Assembly (NCBI GenBank): GCA_002189035.1
Contig: CM007992.1
Location: 2,976,001-3,040,000 of the forward strand
Direction of reading: 5' to 3'
Source of the DNA: Utricularia gibba
Taxonomy: Eukaryota; Plantae; Magnoliophyta
Length of the DNA stretch: 64,000 nt
In this document: positions 35,818-51,428 of the stretch, piece after piece
How the letters are laid out: the number at the start of each line of letters is the position of its first letter
Numbering within the stretch: the first letter of the stretch is position 1
The notes under the pieces: model-generated
Seen by the model: the letters and a program-made list of their open reading frames with translations, nothing else
Databases searched by the model: none
What the model was told of the DNA's origin: nothing
Position numbers and translations under genes: made by a program

Positions 35818-36048
35818 ATATCCTTTTGAACATTTTTTTAAATCTATTTCTTCTTTTTAAAAAATAAAAATAATTTTATTCTAAAATAATTTTAATTATA
35901 AAAATAATTTTACAAAAAATATTTTTGAAATTATATTATAAAAATTTATTTTTGTAAAAATAATAAGTACATTAATTTTACTTATTATTTTTATTCTAAT
36001 AAAATAATTCTAAAAAAATAAAAACAATTTTCAAAAAATTTCCAAAAC
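35818..36048 (+). mobile_element. AT-rich MITE-like family 1, copy C
   Basis: Same internal blocks as copy B (AATCTATTT...AATAAAAAT..TTTTATT.TA..AT..TTTTAATTATAAAA.TAATTTTA). Right end AAAAAATTTCCAAAACGC. Confidence 0.5.
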
Positions 36049-39000
36049 GCTGTATATATTTTACACACAATCTTCATTTTCAATCTTGATTCATTTGAAG
36101 TTATGCATATCTCCATGGGTACGGATTGCATCTCTCTACAACGTCTCATTCAACAAAGTTCATAAGTTGAAAACCTTTATTTTTAGGCTTTGATGAGAAG
36201 CAAAATGTCTAACAATGGTAATAGTAAACATATTAAAATTAGTCTTACCAGTTTGATCACTTCTATTCAGATCTCAAAGGTAAAAATAACAAATATGATT
36301 TTTTTTTTTGTAGTCGAAGAGATAACTCATTATTGTAAGAGTGCACATAGATCGATTAGTCTACTTTAAATTTGTTTTTACACTTGGTTATAAGCTGAAT
36401 GGGCATCATGAAGAGACAAACCTAGACAAGATAGGGAGATCACAAAGATGGTTATAATACACATAAAAGTTTGGTAAGTAGAGGGGATGGTTGAGATATA
36501 ACTGAATGATGAAGGTGAGGAGCCACTTGACAAGCTCCCTTAGGGAAGATGATTCACCTACAGTTAAGTATGAGCATAGAAAGGGGCTAACAAAATAGCT
36601 TTATAGGCTTGAATCATTTAGAGAATGACAAGGTTGTCACCCTAGCATTTCTTTCAAAGGGATAACAACCACCTTTATTTAAATTCTTGACATTAACTGT
36701 CCTAAGAAAAAAAGAGATATGGCATTTAGCTGAAATGGAAAAAAAATTACATCACTTTTTTGATTTGGGTATAATAACATAAGGAAAATGGAGGGGGGAA
36801 GGAATTCTAAGTGATTTTTTTAGAGAACAAGTGCAAGAAAGAAGAGAGAACAATCAAGAAGAACTTCCATTTGAATTCTAAGGTTTCTTCATATTGGTTT
36901 GTATCAAGAATTTGTTAATTCCCTTCATTTTAATGAAAACCCATTTCTTGATGTGAGAATACTCTCAATTTTCATTATTTTTCAGAGTACCACATTGTTG
37001 TCTCATTGTTTAATTCTTTCCAACTCTTTGGCACTCATAATGTTATAAACATTTTCTAAAAAACAAAAGAAAATTCCCTAAACTTTTAACATCTACAATT
37101 TGGAAATGAAAATATACCCCTTGGTGTGGGGAGCGATATGAATATCCAAAACATGACACAATCACTAATGTTTTTGATTCGTGTATAAAAATATATACAA
37201 GGTAACATTGATGGTTATAAATGTGTCACAAATTGACATACCCCATATGAAAAATTCACTTGGTTGCCAATAAAAATAAATATATTTAATTATCGGTACT
37301 ATCTTCCTTTGCATTCCCATCCGTATCCTTCTATACTTTGAATATATCAATAAATGACTATCCACTTCCATTCATGTAGCAGCCCCAAGATTTCGCCACG
37401 GTGTTGGCTTCCAGAAATGCACAGACGCATTGCGCCACATGCACATTTATGACACACGTATATTTTTTCCATCCCAGATCAAAAAACCAGAAAAAAAAAA
37501 AAAAAACAGACAGGGAGTTGAGTAGGATATAAAAGAAGAAGATGGTGTCCTATCGAAGTAAATGTGATCACATGGCTAGATGGGTTATCCTCCTTTCTCC
37601 ATCTCCCAACCAACCACTCATTGTCTTCTTCAAGACTTATCACTCAAGAAGCTTCATTGAACCAGTCGGACCCCCACCGCCCCCTTTCCCAACACCAACT
37701 GTTGCTGTCGAGCTCAATTCCTTTAGATGCTCGTAGCTTCCCTCCCGTCTAATCACGCTTAACTTCGGAGTTAACGAACACCCTATTTGCGGGTTCGTCG
37801 TTGCCAACCAAAGCAAACATGTCACGGTGATGTGGTCTTTTGTACATGAATTGACGATGCTGGTTGTGATTCATGTGTTGATCCCATTGGGATGGCGCGC
37901 ACGCAGTTGTCAAGAGTTTTGTAGAGTCGGGTCACGGGGACAATGTTTTTAAACCAGTAGCTTAGCCCCAATGGCTTTTGCTCCTCATGGGGACCGATCT
38001 TGGAACATGTACTCTTTTCATTTTAAACATTTATTATTCCATTGTTAAAACTTTTGTTTTAGAGTTTGTATAAATGAAAGATTTTATACTTAGAATTGAA
38101 TGTTGAATGATTCAACCAAATCGAATAATAGAATTATCGAATAGTGTATAATTTAATAACTTTCATGATTACAGATGAAATATATTATTACGATATATTT
38201 TTCAACTGTATGATATCATTCATTTTAAATATTTAATCTTTATGGTTTTTCATTTTTTTGTTTTTTGGGAAAAAGTTATATCCTACAAGATTAACGTGAT
38301 TCATTTATTTAAACATATTTTAGTTCTCATTCGTAACTAATATGAGATATTGTTATTAAACTTCATACCTTATATGCATCAATATATTTGATAATTTATA
38401 CTAGTGTAGAATCATTAGTTTATATATCATTAATTTTAATAATTATATAAAGTAAATGTTAGTTTAATTTTATACTCAAAGCTAAGCGTGAATGTTTTTT
38501 TAAAAAAATAATTATTCACAGAAAAATTAGTAATTAAATTTATATAAAAATATTATCAAAATATCAATACTAATTATAACATTTTTAAGTATAAATGACT
38601 GTTGATTGAAATTTATTTTGAGTAGGGAGGGTAGTAGCTTCATTTAAATTAAAAATAAATTTATATTTCAATATAATTAATGTATTAAATAATAAAATTC
38701 TTGAAATATTTAATGCATGATATTAAATATCATAACATGTTTTATTTAATGCGAAATAATGTTACATATTCTACCAAACATGTTATTTATTATTATTTTC
38801 TCCTTGATGTTGATGTGACAACAAAAATTATCGTTATTAATACCCACATGATACCCTAGTAATTTCTATTTAAATTATATAACAATTTTTCAATTTGGAT
38901 TTACTAAGATGAAATGTGTTCTCCTTTGAACATATGAGGTGGATAAAAAATGTCATGATTCAAGTCAATTTGTTCGTTTCGATCATTCAATTCTTATGAT

Positions 39001-39464
39001 TTTATATTTTATATTTTTAAGAAAAAAATCTAGTACAAGATTAATAAAATTACTCTATTATGATCACAATAAATATATGATTTACTCATCAACCGAGTCA
39101 AAAATATTGACATATCATGATCAAGTTTTCTGGTTCACCCTAATTCATTATCATACAAAATAATTATGAAGGGAGTTGTTCACAAATTATATTTTAAAAT
39201 AATCAATGAGGGGTATTTATTTCCTTGTATTTTAATTTTTTAATGCGAAAATAATTGGACGTGGGGATTAATTAATTATCAGGTATATGAGAAAATGGGG
39301 GGGAGTTGATGTCGCTGAGCTACTTTTGATCGCAGCTCATTTAATGGACGCCGATCCCAACCCTCCATCCCCCTTCTTTATGGCATGCGCCTCCCCTTGA
39401 TTTTTATGCATAAATGCTCCATTGTTGTCAGCCGGGGGATATTCGTCCTTACGCGGAAGCAGAA

Positions 39465-40833
39465 ATGGGATACTCCGGTGCACTCGCAGCGCTTACCGTC
39501 GCCGTTTTGCTCCTGTGCGGCGGCGTCAGCTCTCAGCCATTGGTTCCGGCGATCATCATCTTCGGTGATTCCGCAGTGGACACCGGGAATAATAACTATC
39601 TTGCTACCATTTTCAAAGCCGATTACCCGCCTTACGGACGTGACTACCCTAACAAGAAGGCTACTGGGAGATTCAGCAACGGGAAGCTCGTCACTGACCT
39701 CACAGGTTGGATGGATCTTGAGATTATCTATCACTATCGATGAATGGGCTGACTGATTTATTGTTCTTTTTTCCTATGGCAGCTGAGACACTAGGATTTA
39801 CCACCTTTCCGCAGCCGTATCTCAGCCCGCAGGCCACCGGAAAAAACCTGCTCGTCGGAGCTAACTTTGCCTCGGCGGGATCCGGCTACGACGATAAAAC
39901 CGCACTCGCCACGGTAATGGGCAAGGGGGAAAATGGAACTGTTTATTAGCTCCTCCTCTGTTATGGTGTTCTTGCATGTATTCATTGCTTTTGCTGCAGA
40001 ATGTGCTGACTGTGGATCAACAATTGGAGTACTTCAAGGAGTACAAGGGGAAGTTGGCGAAGGTCGCCGGCGGCAACAGATCGGCGACGATAATTAGAGA
40101 TGCTCTGTATATCGTGTCCTTCGGGAGCAGTGATTTCGTTCAGAACTATTACCTGAATCCTATACTGAATAAGTTCGTTACTTCTGATCAGTACGCATCG
40201 TACCTCGTCAGCATTTTCTCCACCTTCATCCAGGTAAGCAGTCATCCCTGAACTCGTTTTGGGTCCCCAAAGGATCCTATTTTACTGTAATTGTTGCAGA
40301 ACCTATACGGTGAGGGAGCAAGGCGCATCGGGGTGAACTCGCTGCCGCCGATCGGCTGCGTCCCGATCGCACGGACCATATTCGGCCACAGCGAGCCTGG
40401 CTGCGTTTCTCGCTTCAACAACGACGCGCAACTCTTCAACAAAAAACTCAAGGCCGCCGCCACACAGCTCACCGGCAAGCTTCCCGGTCTCAGGCTCGCT
40501 ATTTTCGACATCTATCAACCTTTCCTCAACCTCATCACCAAGCCCCAGGACAGCGGTACCCTTCCATTCCTCTAAAATCAACCAATTGGACAGAAACCCA
40601 TCCCCATTGTGGCCTAAATTTCAAACCGTCCCCCAGGTTTCGCGGAGGCTTCCAGGGGGTGCTGCGGGACTGGAACGATCGAGACGACGGTGCTCCTCTG
40701 CAACCCTAAATCAATCGGGACTTGCTCCAATGCGACGTCGTATGTGTTCTGGGACAGCGTGCATCCGACTCAGGCTGCCTACACAGTTCTCTCTAACGCC
40801 TTGATCGGACAGGGCATCGGCCTCATCCTCTGA
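39465..40833 (+). CDS. GDSL esterase/lipase (APG-like), secreted, 5 exons
   Basis: Exons 39465-39705, 39783-39913, 40000-40233, 40300-40555, 40637-40833. Signal peptide, [48 protein letters not shown]. Confidence 0.95.
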
Positions 40834-41896
40834 TCCTGTCCGCAAAGATCTGTCCTTTGTCGGAGTGGAGTGTCGTTGGTATCGCTTTTTGTTTCTCAAG
40901 TCTCCCACTTATGTGCATAGCCTGCCTGCCTGCCTGCTCATGAGGCCATTGTCTTGCAATTTGTACATACAGATTACAGGCATTGGCATACTGTCAATTT
41001 TACAATATGGCTTTATGTGCTATAAATAAATTATCATATTTCTAAATTATCAGAATATTATATAAATAATTATCCTGTAAATGTTGAAATTAAAGATTTG
41101 ATGGTTGGATGAACACACTAAAACCCAAGTATAGTATGATCTATCAAATTGATCTTTGATCCGATTAATACGATTATAGATAGTGATTGGATTAAAATAA
41201 CTTAGACTAATATAAAACTCATTCTTGGCCATCCAAAACATGTCGTGAGACAAATGATTTGATATTATGTTGAAATTTAAGATTTGATAAATTGCACAAG
41301 TACACATGAAATTAAAGTATACAATAAACGTGAATTATATTAGAAAATATTAAATACAATCAATTATTAATGATTTTTAATTTTTTATATACTTACATAT
41401 TTCATATTTAAATCCCGATATGAGATTATTTGTTCTAATAATAAAATTAGAAGTCTGATTATGATATATTATATTGGTTACAAACTAAAAAGTAAATGTG
41501 TTTAAATAAAAAGTTTTTCAAATTTTGTAATAGGGTTTTTTTTTGGTGAAAAAGTAAAATTGCATGTGTAATACTCAAAATGAACAATATTATCCAAATT
41601 CACAATAAGTGGTGACATTATCTTGGTGCAATTATGTATTAATTTTGAAACTTTAAAATTAAGAATGAAATTTTGAAAAAGGGAAAAGGAGGATTCAAGA
41701 GGCGCCATAATTAGCAGCACTCCTTCCGGCGTGTTTTGCACCCACTCGTTCTACTCGACGGCCGGAAAAATCGGGAGGCAGTGGCGATGGTGGTGCCACC
41801 CGTCCATCTACATAAGGGTTCACTATTTATTCATCATTTCCTCGTTTCAGGGCAGAAATTTGCTTCCAAAAACCGATCACCGCAAAAGGTTCTAGG

Positions 41897-42845
41897 ATGT
41901 CTTGGCAGAATTACGTCGACGATCACCTGATGTGCGACGTCGAGGGGGTGCATCTCACTGCCGCCGCGATCATCGGAGTCGACGGCAGTCTCTGGGCCCA
42001 GAGCGCCACATTTCCCCAGGTGAGCAACCCAAAAGTCACATCCTGGGATTTCTTTTATTTCAGCTGATTAACCTAGCGGCGTGGATCCTTTGGCTGTCGA
42101 TGGTGTTTCCTCATTGTTCGGGGTTTTGATCCCACAGGCTTTGATTCAAATGCTTCTTTTAGATTTGCAATCGTGGATTGACGATATAGCATTTAGCAAT
42201 TACATTGTGTTGGATTGTGGGTGTCAATATACATGTGAATCATTGACAAGGTAAGGTATAGGCCAAGAAAGCGTGGGATTCGTAGCTCTGCTATGAAGAC
42301 TTGCCGTTTAGTTTACATTCTTATTGTAGGATTTTTACCTACTAGAGGTTGGATTTTGAGGGAAGTATGCTTATGGGTGTGGTATATTCCTGATCTTCCA
42401 TTGCAGTTCAAAGCAGAGGAGATTTCTAACATCGTTAGGGATTTCGATGAGCCAGGATTCCTTGCTCCCACTGGACTCTTCCTTGGAGGGGCCAAATACA
42501 TGGTAATCCAGGGAGAACCTGGAGCTGTGATTCGTGGGAAAAAGGTACATTTCTTTATGACCAAACTCGCACCTAGTTTTGCAGAGCAGTAACAGAGCTA
42601 TGCTTCATATTTTCCTCAATGCTCCGTTGTAATTCATCTGTTGAAGCCCACATCCTCATAACACACAAACAATTGTTTTAACTTTGTGCACTGATCTGCC
42701 GGCTTTTCAGGGCTCCGGTGGAGTCACTGTGAAGAAAACCGCACAAGCACTGATCTTTGGAGTTTACGAGGAGCCGATGACTCCTGGGCAATGCAACCTG
42801 GTGGTGGAGAAGTTGGGGGATTACCTCATCGATCAGGGACTTTAG
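41897..42845 (+). CDS. PRF: Profilin, 131 aa, 3 exons
   Basis: Exons 41897-42019, 42407-42544, 42711-42845 (396 nt). [65 protein letters not shown]. Confidence 0.98.
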
Positions 42846-44747
42846 CTATATGGATCATGCGCCTGATATTGCTCTTACTTCCAAGACAATAATGCCCCAT
42901 CTTTTCTCTTGATCAATAAAGAACAAAATGGTTTTCTTGCTGATTATAAAGGAGCCTCGGATCGGTATATGTGAATTGTCACTTGTACCCCCCTCACACT
43001 TGACGTTGAAAGATGGGTGTTTTGGGGATTTCACCTTTCGTAGACAGACGTTCAGTGGGCTGGGCCTTTCTGCTATTGGGCTTAAGACATCAGTCCAATA
43101 CTTGAACTATATAAATAATGGACAACGAGGCTGTTCCTCTATAGTAACATATTGCAAGTTGGATCGCATGAAGAACATGACGAGCGGCATCAGCGATACG
43201 TTTGCGAATTTGAGACGCTACTCCCGCGCTCTGATGCCGCCCGATGCGTTATTGCTCGGAGGCCTTTCTTCCGATCTTCGCCTTTCTTTCACCCCCTCTG
43301 TTTCTTTCCGATCGTAGTAATGAGTGGCTGAGGTTGCGATGCGTGGTGCGAATTCGATTCCAAATGCACCTCCATCGAAACAGTCCCCGCGGAATCAGAT
43401 TCATTGTGAGATAGGCGGTTGTGATGATTCCTTTTTTGTCATTGAATCTGCTCAACAATCATCATCTCCCCACATTTCCTGTGCCCTTCCGTAGTTGGAA
43501 ATCACGCCTCCTCAAAACCCTAATTTTTAGTGGGCCCGGTAGTGGTCACGCCAATACTATTATTTCCACTCTAATACATTTTCGGCCCATTCAAACACCA
43601 ACTACTAACCAACTTTTGAAAAAACTATTTTAAAATCGATTTTGGTATAATTTTAGAAATTTGATAAAATGGTAATTGATATATGTTTAGTTTTATTTTT
43701 TTAAATTGTTATTATAGAATAAATTTATTTTGGAAATATAAAAAATAATTTTCATAAATAATATATATATTTATTAATCATTATATATATTTTTTTAAAA
43801 TTTATTTTTATAGAAAAATATTATATAATTTTTAAATTATGTTTATGTTATTAATTTAATTTGAATATATTTATATTAAAATTAAAATATAAAAATTAAA
43901 ATAACTACATTATTTATAATATTATTTACTATAATTATTTATTAAAAAATATATTTGTAACTTTCTTCTTAGAATTATTTATTAAAAATCAATTTTATTA
44001 AATAAATTTCCATCTTATATTTCTAATATAATCGAAGCGATTTTTTAAAAAAGTAATTATTGTAAAATAAAATTTGTTATATGTTTTAAATACAGAAACA
44101 ATTATATCAAAATATAATTGAATCTATGTACTTCCAAACATTTCTGTAAAAAAGATCAATTTTTTGGATTTCAAGTGGAGTAAATATTTCTTTTTTTAAA
44201 AAAAATATCATTAATACGCAATATAATAATTGAGAAAGCATACTACTCCAATGCCCCAACGCCCATCCAAAGATACCGGAATTTTAATTAATGATAAAAT
44301 AAGAAAAAAAAAATGATGAAGATAGTGGTGTGACGATAAATAAAAAAATATATTTTTATTTCCTTAAAGACGGTTCCCCGGTTTGCGGCCGTGCCTCAAC
44401 ATCGGCGGCGCCCATGGTGTAGGCGGTCGGCAGGAATTCCGGTTAGGTTAATTACAATTTAAAACGTAATTTTTATTTATAAATTATATTAATAAATATT
44501 TAGAATTATTTCTGAAATGAATTTAAAAAAGAAAGTCGGTGAGATAATTTAAATTATCGTGATATTTTTGCAGCGGATAAATGCAAAATAAAAGGATAAA
44601 ATTGCCAGCACGCAATCTTTATCGAATCCCACGGTGTGGATAAGACCAAAAAGCGTCCGGATTTATCTAAAACTCTTTTTTAAAAAATATTATTTATTCC
44701 TGTTTTTATTTGATTGGGAGCGGACAAAGACACCCCCACCCGCACGG

Positions 44748-44759
44748 CGCCACGTGGCG
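44748..44759. promoter_or_regulatory. Perfect 12-bp palindromic G-box/ABRE (CGCCACGTGGCG)
   Basis: About 230 nt upstream of the OXS3-like ATG. Confidence 0.55.
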
Positions 44760-44986
44760 TTCAACCGCTCGCACACGACCCTGTCGAGCTTATCCAATCG
44801 CGAGGAGCTGTGTTGGCAACCGCTTTTCTTCCGCGTCACAACACTTTCTCTTGAATGGGCAAGAGAAGGAAGGCCCACCCGCCGGTCAAAATTCACATTA
44901 CAAAACTGCACCCACCCTCGGCTTTCGTCCCCCTCGTTCATTTCGTTTATTTTTCGTGTAGTTGCAGAGAGCGTACGGAGATTCCA

Positions 44987-45601
44987 ATGGAGGAAGAAGC
45001 TCGTTTTGTGATTCGGGACTCGTGGTTCCGGCATTCTTCCCCGGGTGACGATAAATGCACCACCTCTTCTTCCATCGGCGAGGATTCGTCGGTGGATTCG
45101 AAGGGCAGTTCTTCGGAAACGGAGACCAACGACGACGCGTCCTCGTCGGTGACCCCCTCATCCTCAGCCGGAGCTCTTGAGGACCTCTCCGATATCATGA
45201 ATCAGCTGCCCATCAAGTAAGGGGCTGTCTTTGTTTCCTCTTCAAATCAACGCACCGTCGTAGGTGTTTTTTTTATGGGTCTGATTTTTTTGTGGGTGAT
45301 TTGCAGAAGAGGGCTGTCGAAGTTCTACCAGGGAAAATCGGAGTCGTTTGTGTCGCTCTCCAGTTCTCTCAGCATCGAGGATCTGGCGAAGAAAACTGTA
45401 GCGGCCGCCGGTCCGTACCGGAGGAGGGTTCTCAAGGTTTCGAAGAGCTGCGGGAACGGCTTCAGCTACAAGCCCTACACTCTTCCCAAAGCTGCGATAG
45501 CCAAGAGAACGACGACCACCAACAACTGCTGCTTGTCTACGGCAGCCAAACGGCGCAGTTTTAGTACCGGTAAATCAGGTTTCCCTCATCTCGAATGCTG
45601 A
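44987..45601 (+). CDS. OXIDATIVE STRESS 3-like protein, 2 exons
   Basis: Exons 44987-45216 and 45307-45601. Ser-rich N-terminus with SSSIGEDS; conserved [31 protein letters not shown] block. Confidence 0.88.
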
Positions 45602-46287
45602 TGACTGGAACCCCCAGAAACCTACCTATCTGAACCCCTTTTGTATCGGGAGGCTCCTTCGCCGCCGCTCCCCCACGAGTTACAGCGCCTGAGGTGAATT
45701 TTAGTCACCGGAGCAAGAATCTGCGTGTGATGCCGGCTGAGATTTTCTTTGTACATTTTCTAGTTATCTAACAAAAAGAAAATTTAATGACACCATTAGA
45801 TCATCGTTCGCGGTCCGAATATCAGGGGCCCACTTTTTTTAAAGAAAAATATTAATTATAAAATGTGAAATGCGCTTTATTTCCATGAATTCCGAGACGG
45901 ACAAAACAATATATCATTTTGATTTTTAAATAATATATTTAATTAAAAAATTATTTAATACAATAATTTGAAGAAGAATATTTGTGATAATATTTATCAT
46001 CAAAACTCATTTGTATGGTAATTTAAATTAAATTTCCAATAAATAATACCTTTTAAATTTAAAACTATATATCAAATAAAATATTTTTTACTGTTTTGTA
46101 AAATTCCTACAATTATTCACTACTAAACCATACAATTATTCCTTTATTTTTATATTAGGTATTCATTTTTTATTTCAAAGAAAAAACTCTTTTTTTTTTC
46201 AACCTAGATTTTTTTTTCCGATGGTTGGTCTATTAGACAAACTATTATCATGACCATCTTACTTTCATTGCATCCTTAGACAATTCA

Positions 46288-46587
46288 TTAATGATCAAGA
46301 TTACATGTAGATATAATCTTGATTTGAATGAAATAATATATGAAATCATGTGCCATCTTTATGTTGATACTATTAGATTTTGATTGAAGTACCTCATGAT
46401 GTCTAACTATATTTTGTGTAAATCTTTTACTTTGATAGTCCATTAATATTATAAATTTTGTTGATTGTTGTTTACAAGGAGGAACATACTTTTTATGAGT
46501 AATAAAAATTTGGTATTTTGCTAATATATATCTACAAGTAGTGGTAGAATGCAAATTTGTGATTATTTTGGAAAGAAAAGATAACAA
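46288..46587 (-). mobile_element. Decayed Ty1/copia RNase H fragment
   Basis: Translation LSFLSKIITNLHSTTTCRYI...LMDYQS...TQNIVRHH...SKSNSINIK...HDFI follows the order of the copia RNase H motifs SWxSKKQxxVALSTTEAEYI, CDNQSA, NPVFH, KHIDIRYHFI. Recognised by eye. Confidence 0.55.
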
Positions 46588-47696
46588 GATGGAAACTTTT
46601 TCAATATAATCAACTAGTCAAATTGATTAGTCAATATTTGAAATTTCATCATTTGGGCCAGTTTGATTATATACATATATATTCACCAAATGTCATAATT
46701 TACTTATGTTTGGTACAATATTACTTACTTTGAATATCTATATTTCATGATTTTATATTATTCTTTTTCAAGAAAATGCTTTATATAAGATTAAAATGAT
46801 ATTTTTATTTAAAATGCATCACCTCCACCATTCATAACTAATATAAAAGATGCGCCCAATGTGATCGGTTCGGAATGAGCTTTTTGAGAATTCTATTATG
46901 ATATGGTGAATTAGTACTTATAAGATAGTTTGTTCAAAATTGATCTTGTTGAGATATAAAATAATAATATTCATCACAACCTAACTCCTCATGAGTGTAG
47001 ATATATAGCACAATCTAAATCGAATCAATATCCCATCCATTTAGTATTGGAGCTTGTTTATATCAAGAAGACATTAAAACATTACCAAATTCAAATTCTT
47101 ACCAAAAAAGTAGAATTAAGATTACGGAAATAATATATGATGAAGATCTATAATATGCCTTTCCAAATCAATAAAATTTTTATATCCATAATCCAATGTT
47201 TTCCAACGTGAAAAATAAATATTATTTTCGGCTAAGATACGGATTTCAATAAATTAATGGATACGATATATTTTTATTTCCAAACAAAATATTAATATTT
47301 TTATTTACCTGCTACAACAAGGTAAGGGATGGGTTGGACGTTGGCGGCCCAAAAACAACAAATCAACCCAAATCTGGAGAAATTCTTTCAAAAATATTTC
47401 CCCGCGGTTTCAAGGTTCCTTCAATTCAATCGGTACAGGAATCGGGATGTCAGTTTTTGCCCTACCCGATCCCAGTACGTCTGCGATAACTGTTCTCTCC
47501 TGTTGGAAAGCTTTGATCTTTTTTAGTCGCGTGTATTAGTCGCCGATTTATGCCAGTCGCTCCATTTGTATGTCTGAATTGCCATGGGTTTTATTTTTTC
47601 GTTAGGTTCGTGGTGGATTTTTCTGAGAGGGTTTTGTTTTTGAACTGAGAAGCTAGGATCAAATTTTTTGGGATTCCGCGACAGTGGGTGTGGGTA

Positions 47697-50898
<3,202 letters not shown>

Positions 50899-51428
50899 AG
50901 ATTCTCAGGCGTTTTGATTGTACATAATCTGATATAGAGACATTAAAGCCGGCAGCCTGGGGTAAATACTGACTCATGGCTTCATTTCCTTTTGTTTCTT
51001 GTTTTTCCAGATCACAGCTGTCTTTTTGTCCCAAGATCGAAAGAAAAAAAAAATCAAGCCGGTGGAAAGTGGAAATACGGTAGTTTAACAGTTCCATGTA
51101 TATTGTTATACACATAAACAATAGTCTTTTGGGATTCGCATGTTGAAAACTGCAAAATAATGAAATCCCTTCCATTTTTTCTGCATTTGTTTTGTCTCAT
51201 CGCTTTTGTTTGGTGCAAGGAATATAAAATGAGAATGAAAACGGGTTAAAGATACTTGTCAGTCATTACAGATGATGATCTTGAGCAAACATGTCTTGCC
51301 CAGCCCAGGACAGGGAAACGAGAATTTAAAAGCTCTAGCTTGAGTCAGACAGTATTCAAGAGACTCTTCTTGCCCCCATCTTGAAAGGAAACATACACTG
51401 CACGAGTTGAGATTTGTATCTTTTCTAA

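Noticed and set aside
36170-37050. Solo-LTR-like segment (similar impression at 23600-24280)
   Set aside because: Composition is suggestive, but I could not define TG...CA ends, a target-site duplication or a second copy.
42928-43167. Upstream half of the 129-aa ORF 42928-43317
   Set aside because: It spans the profilin 3' UTR and a TATA box; only the part from ATG 43168 could be in a transcript from that promoter.
44855-44986. In-frame upstream ATG extending the OXS3-like ORF by 44 aa
   Set aside because: It lies in promoter/leader-like sequence and the extension is not family-like; 44987 is the better start.
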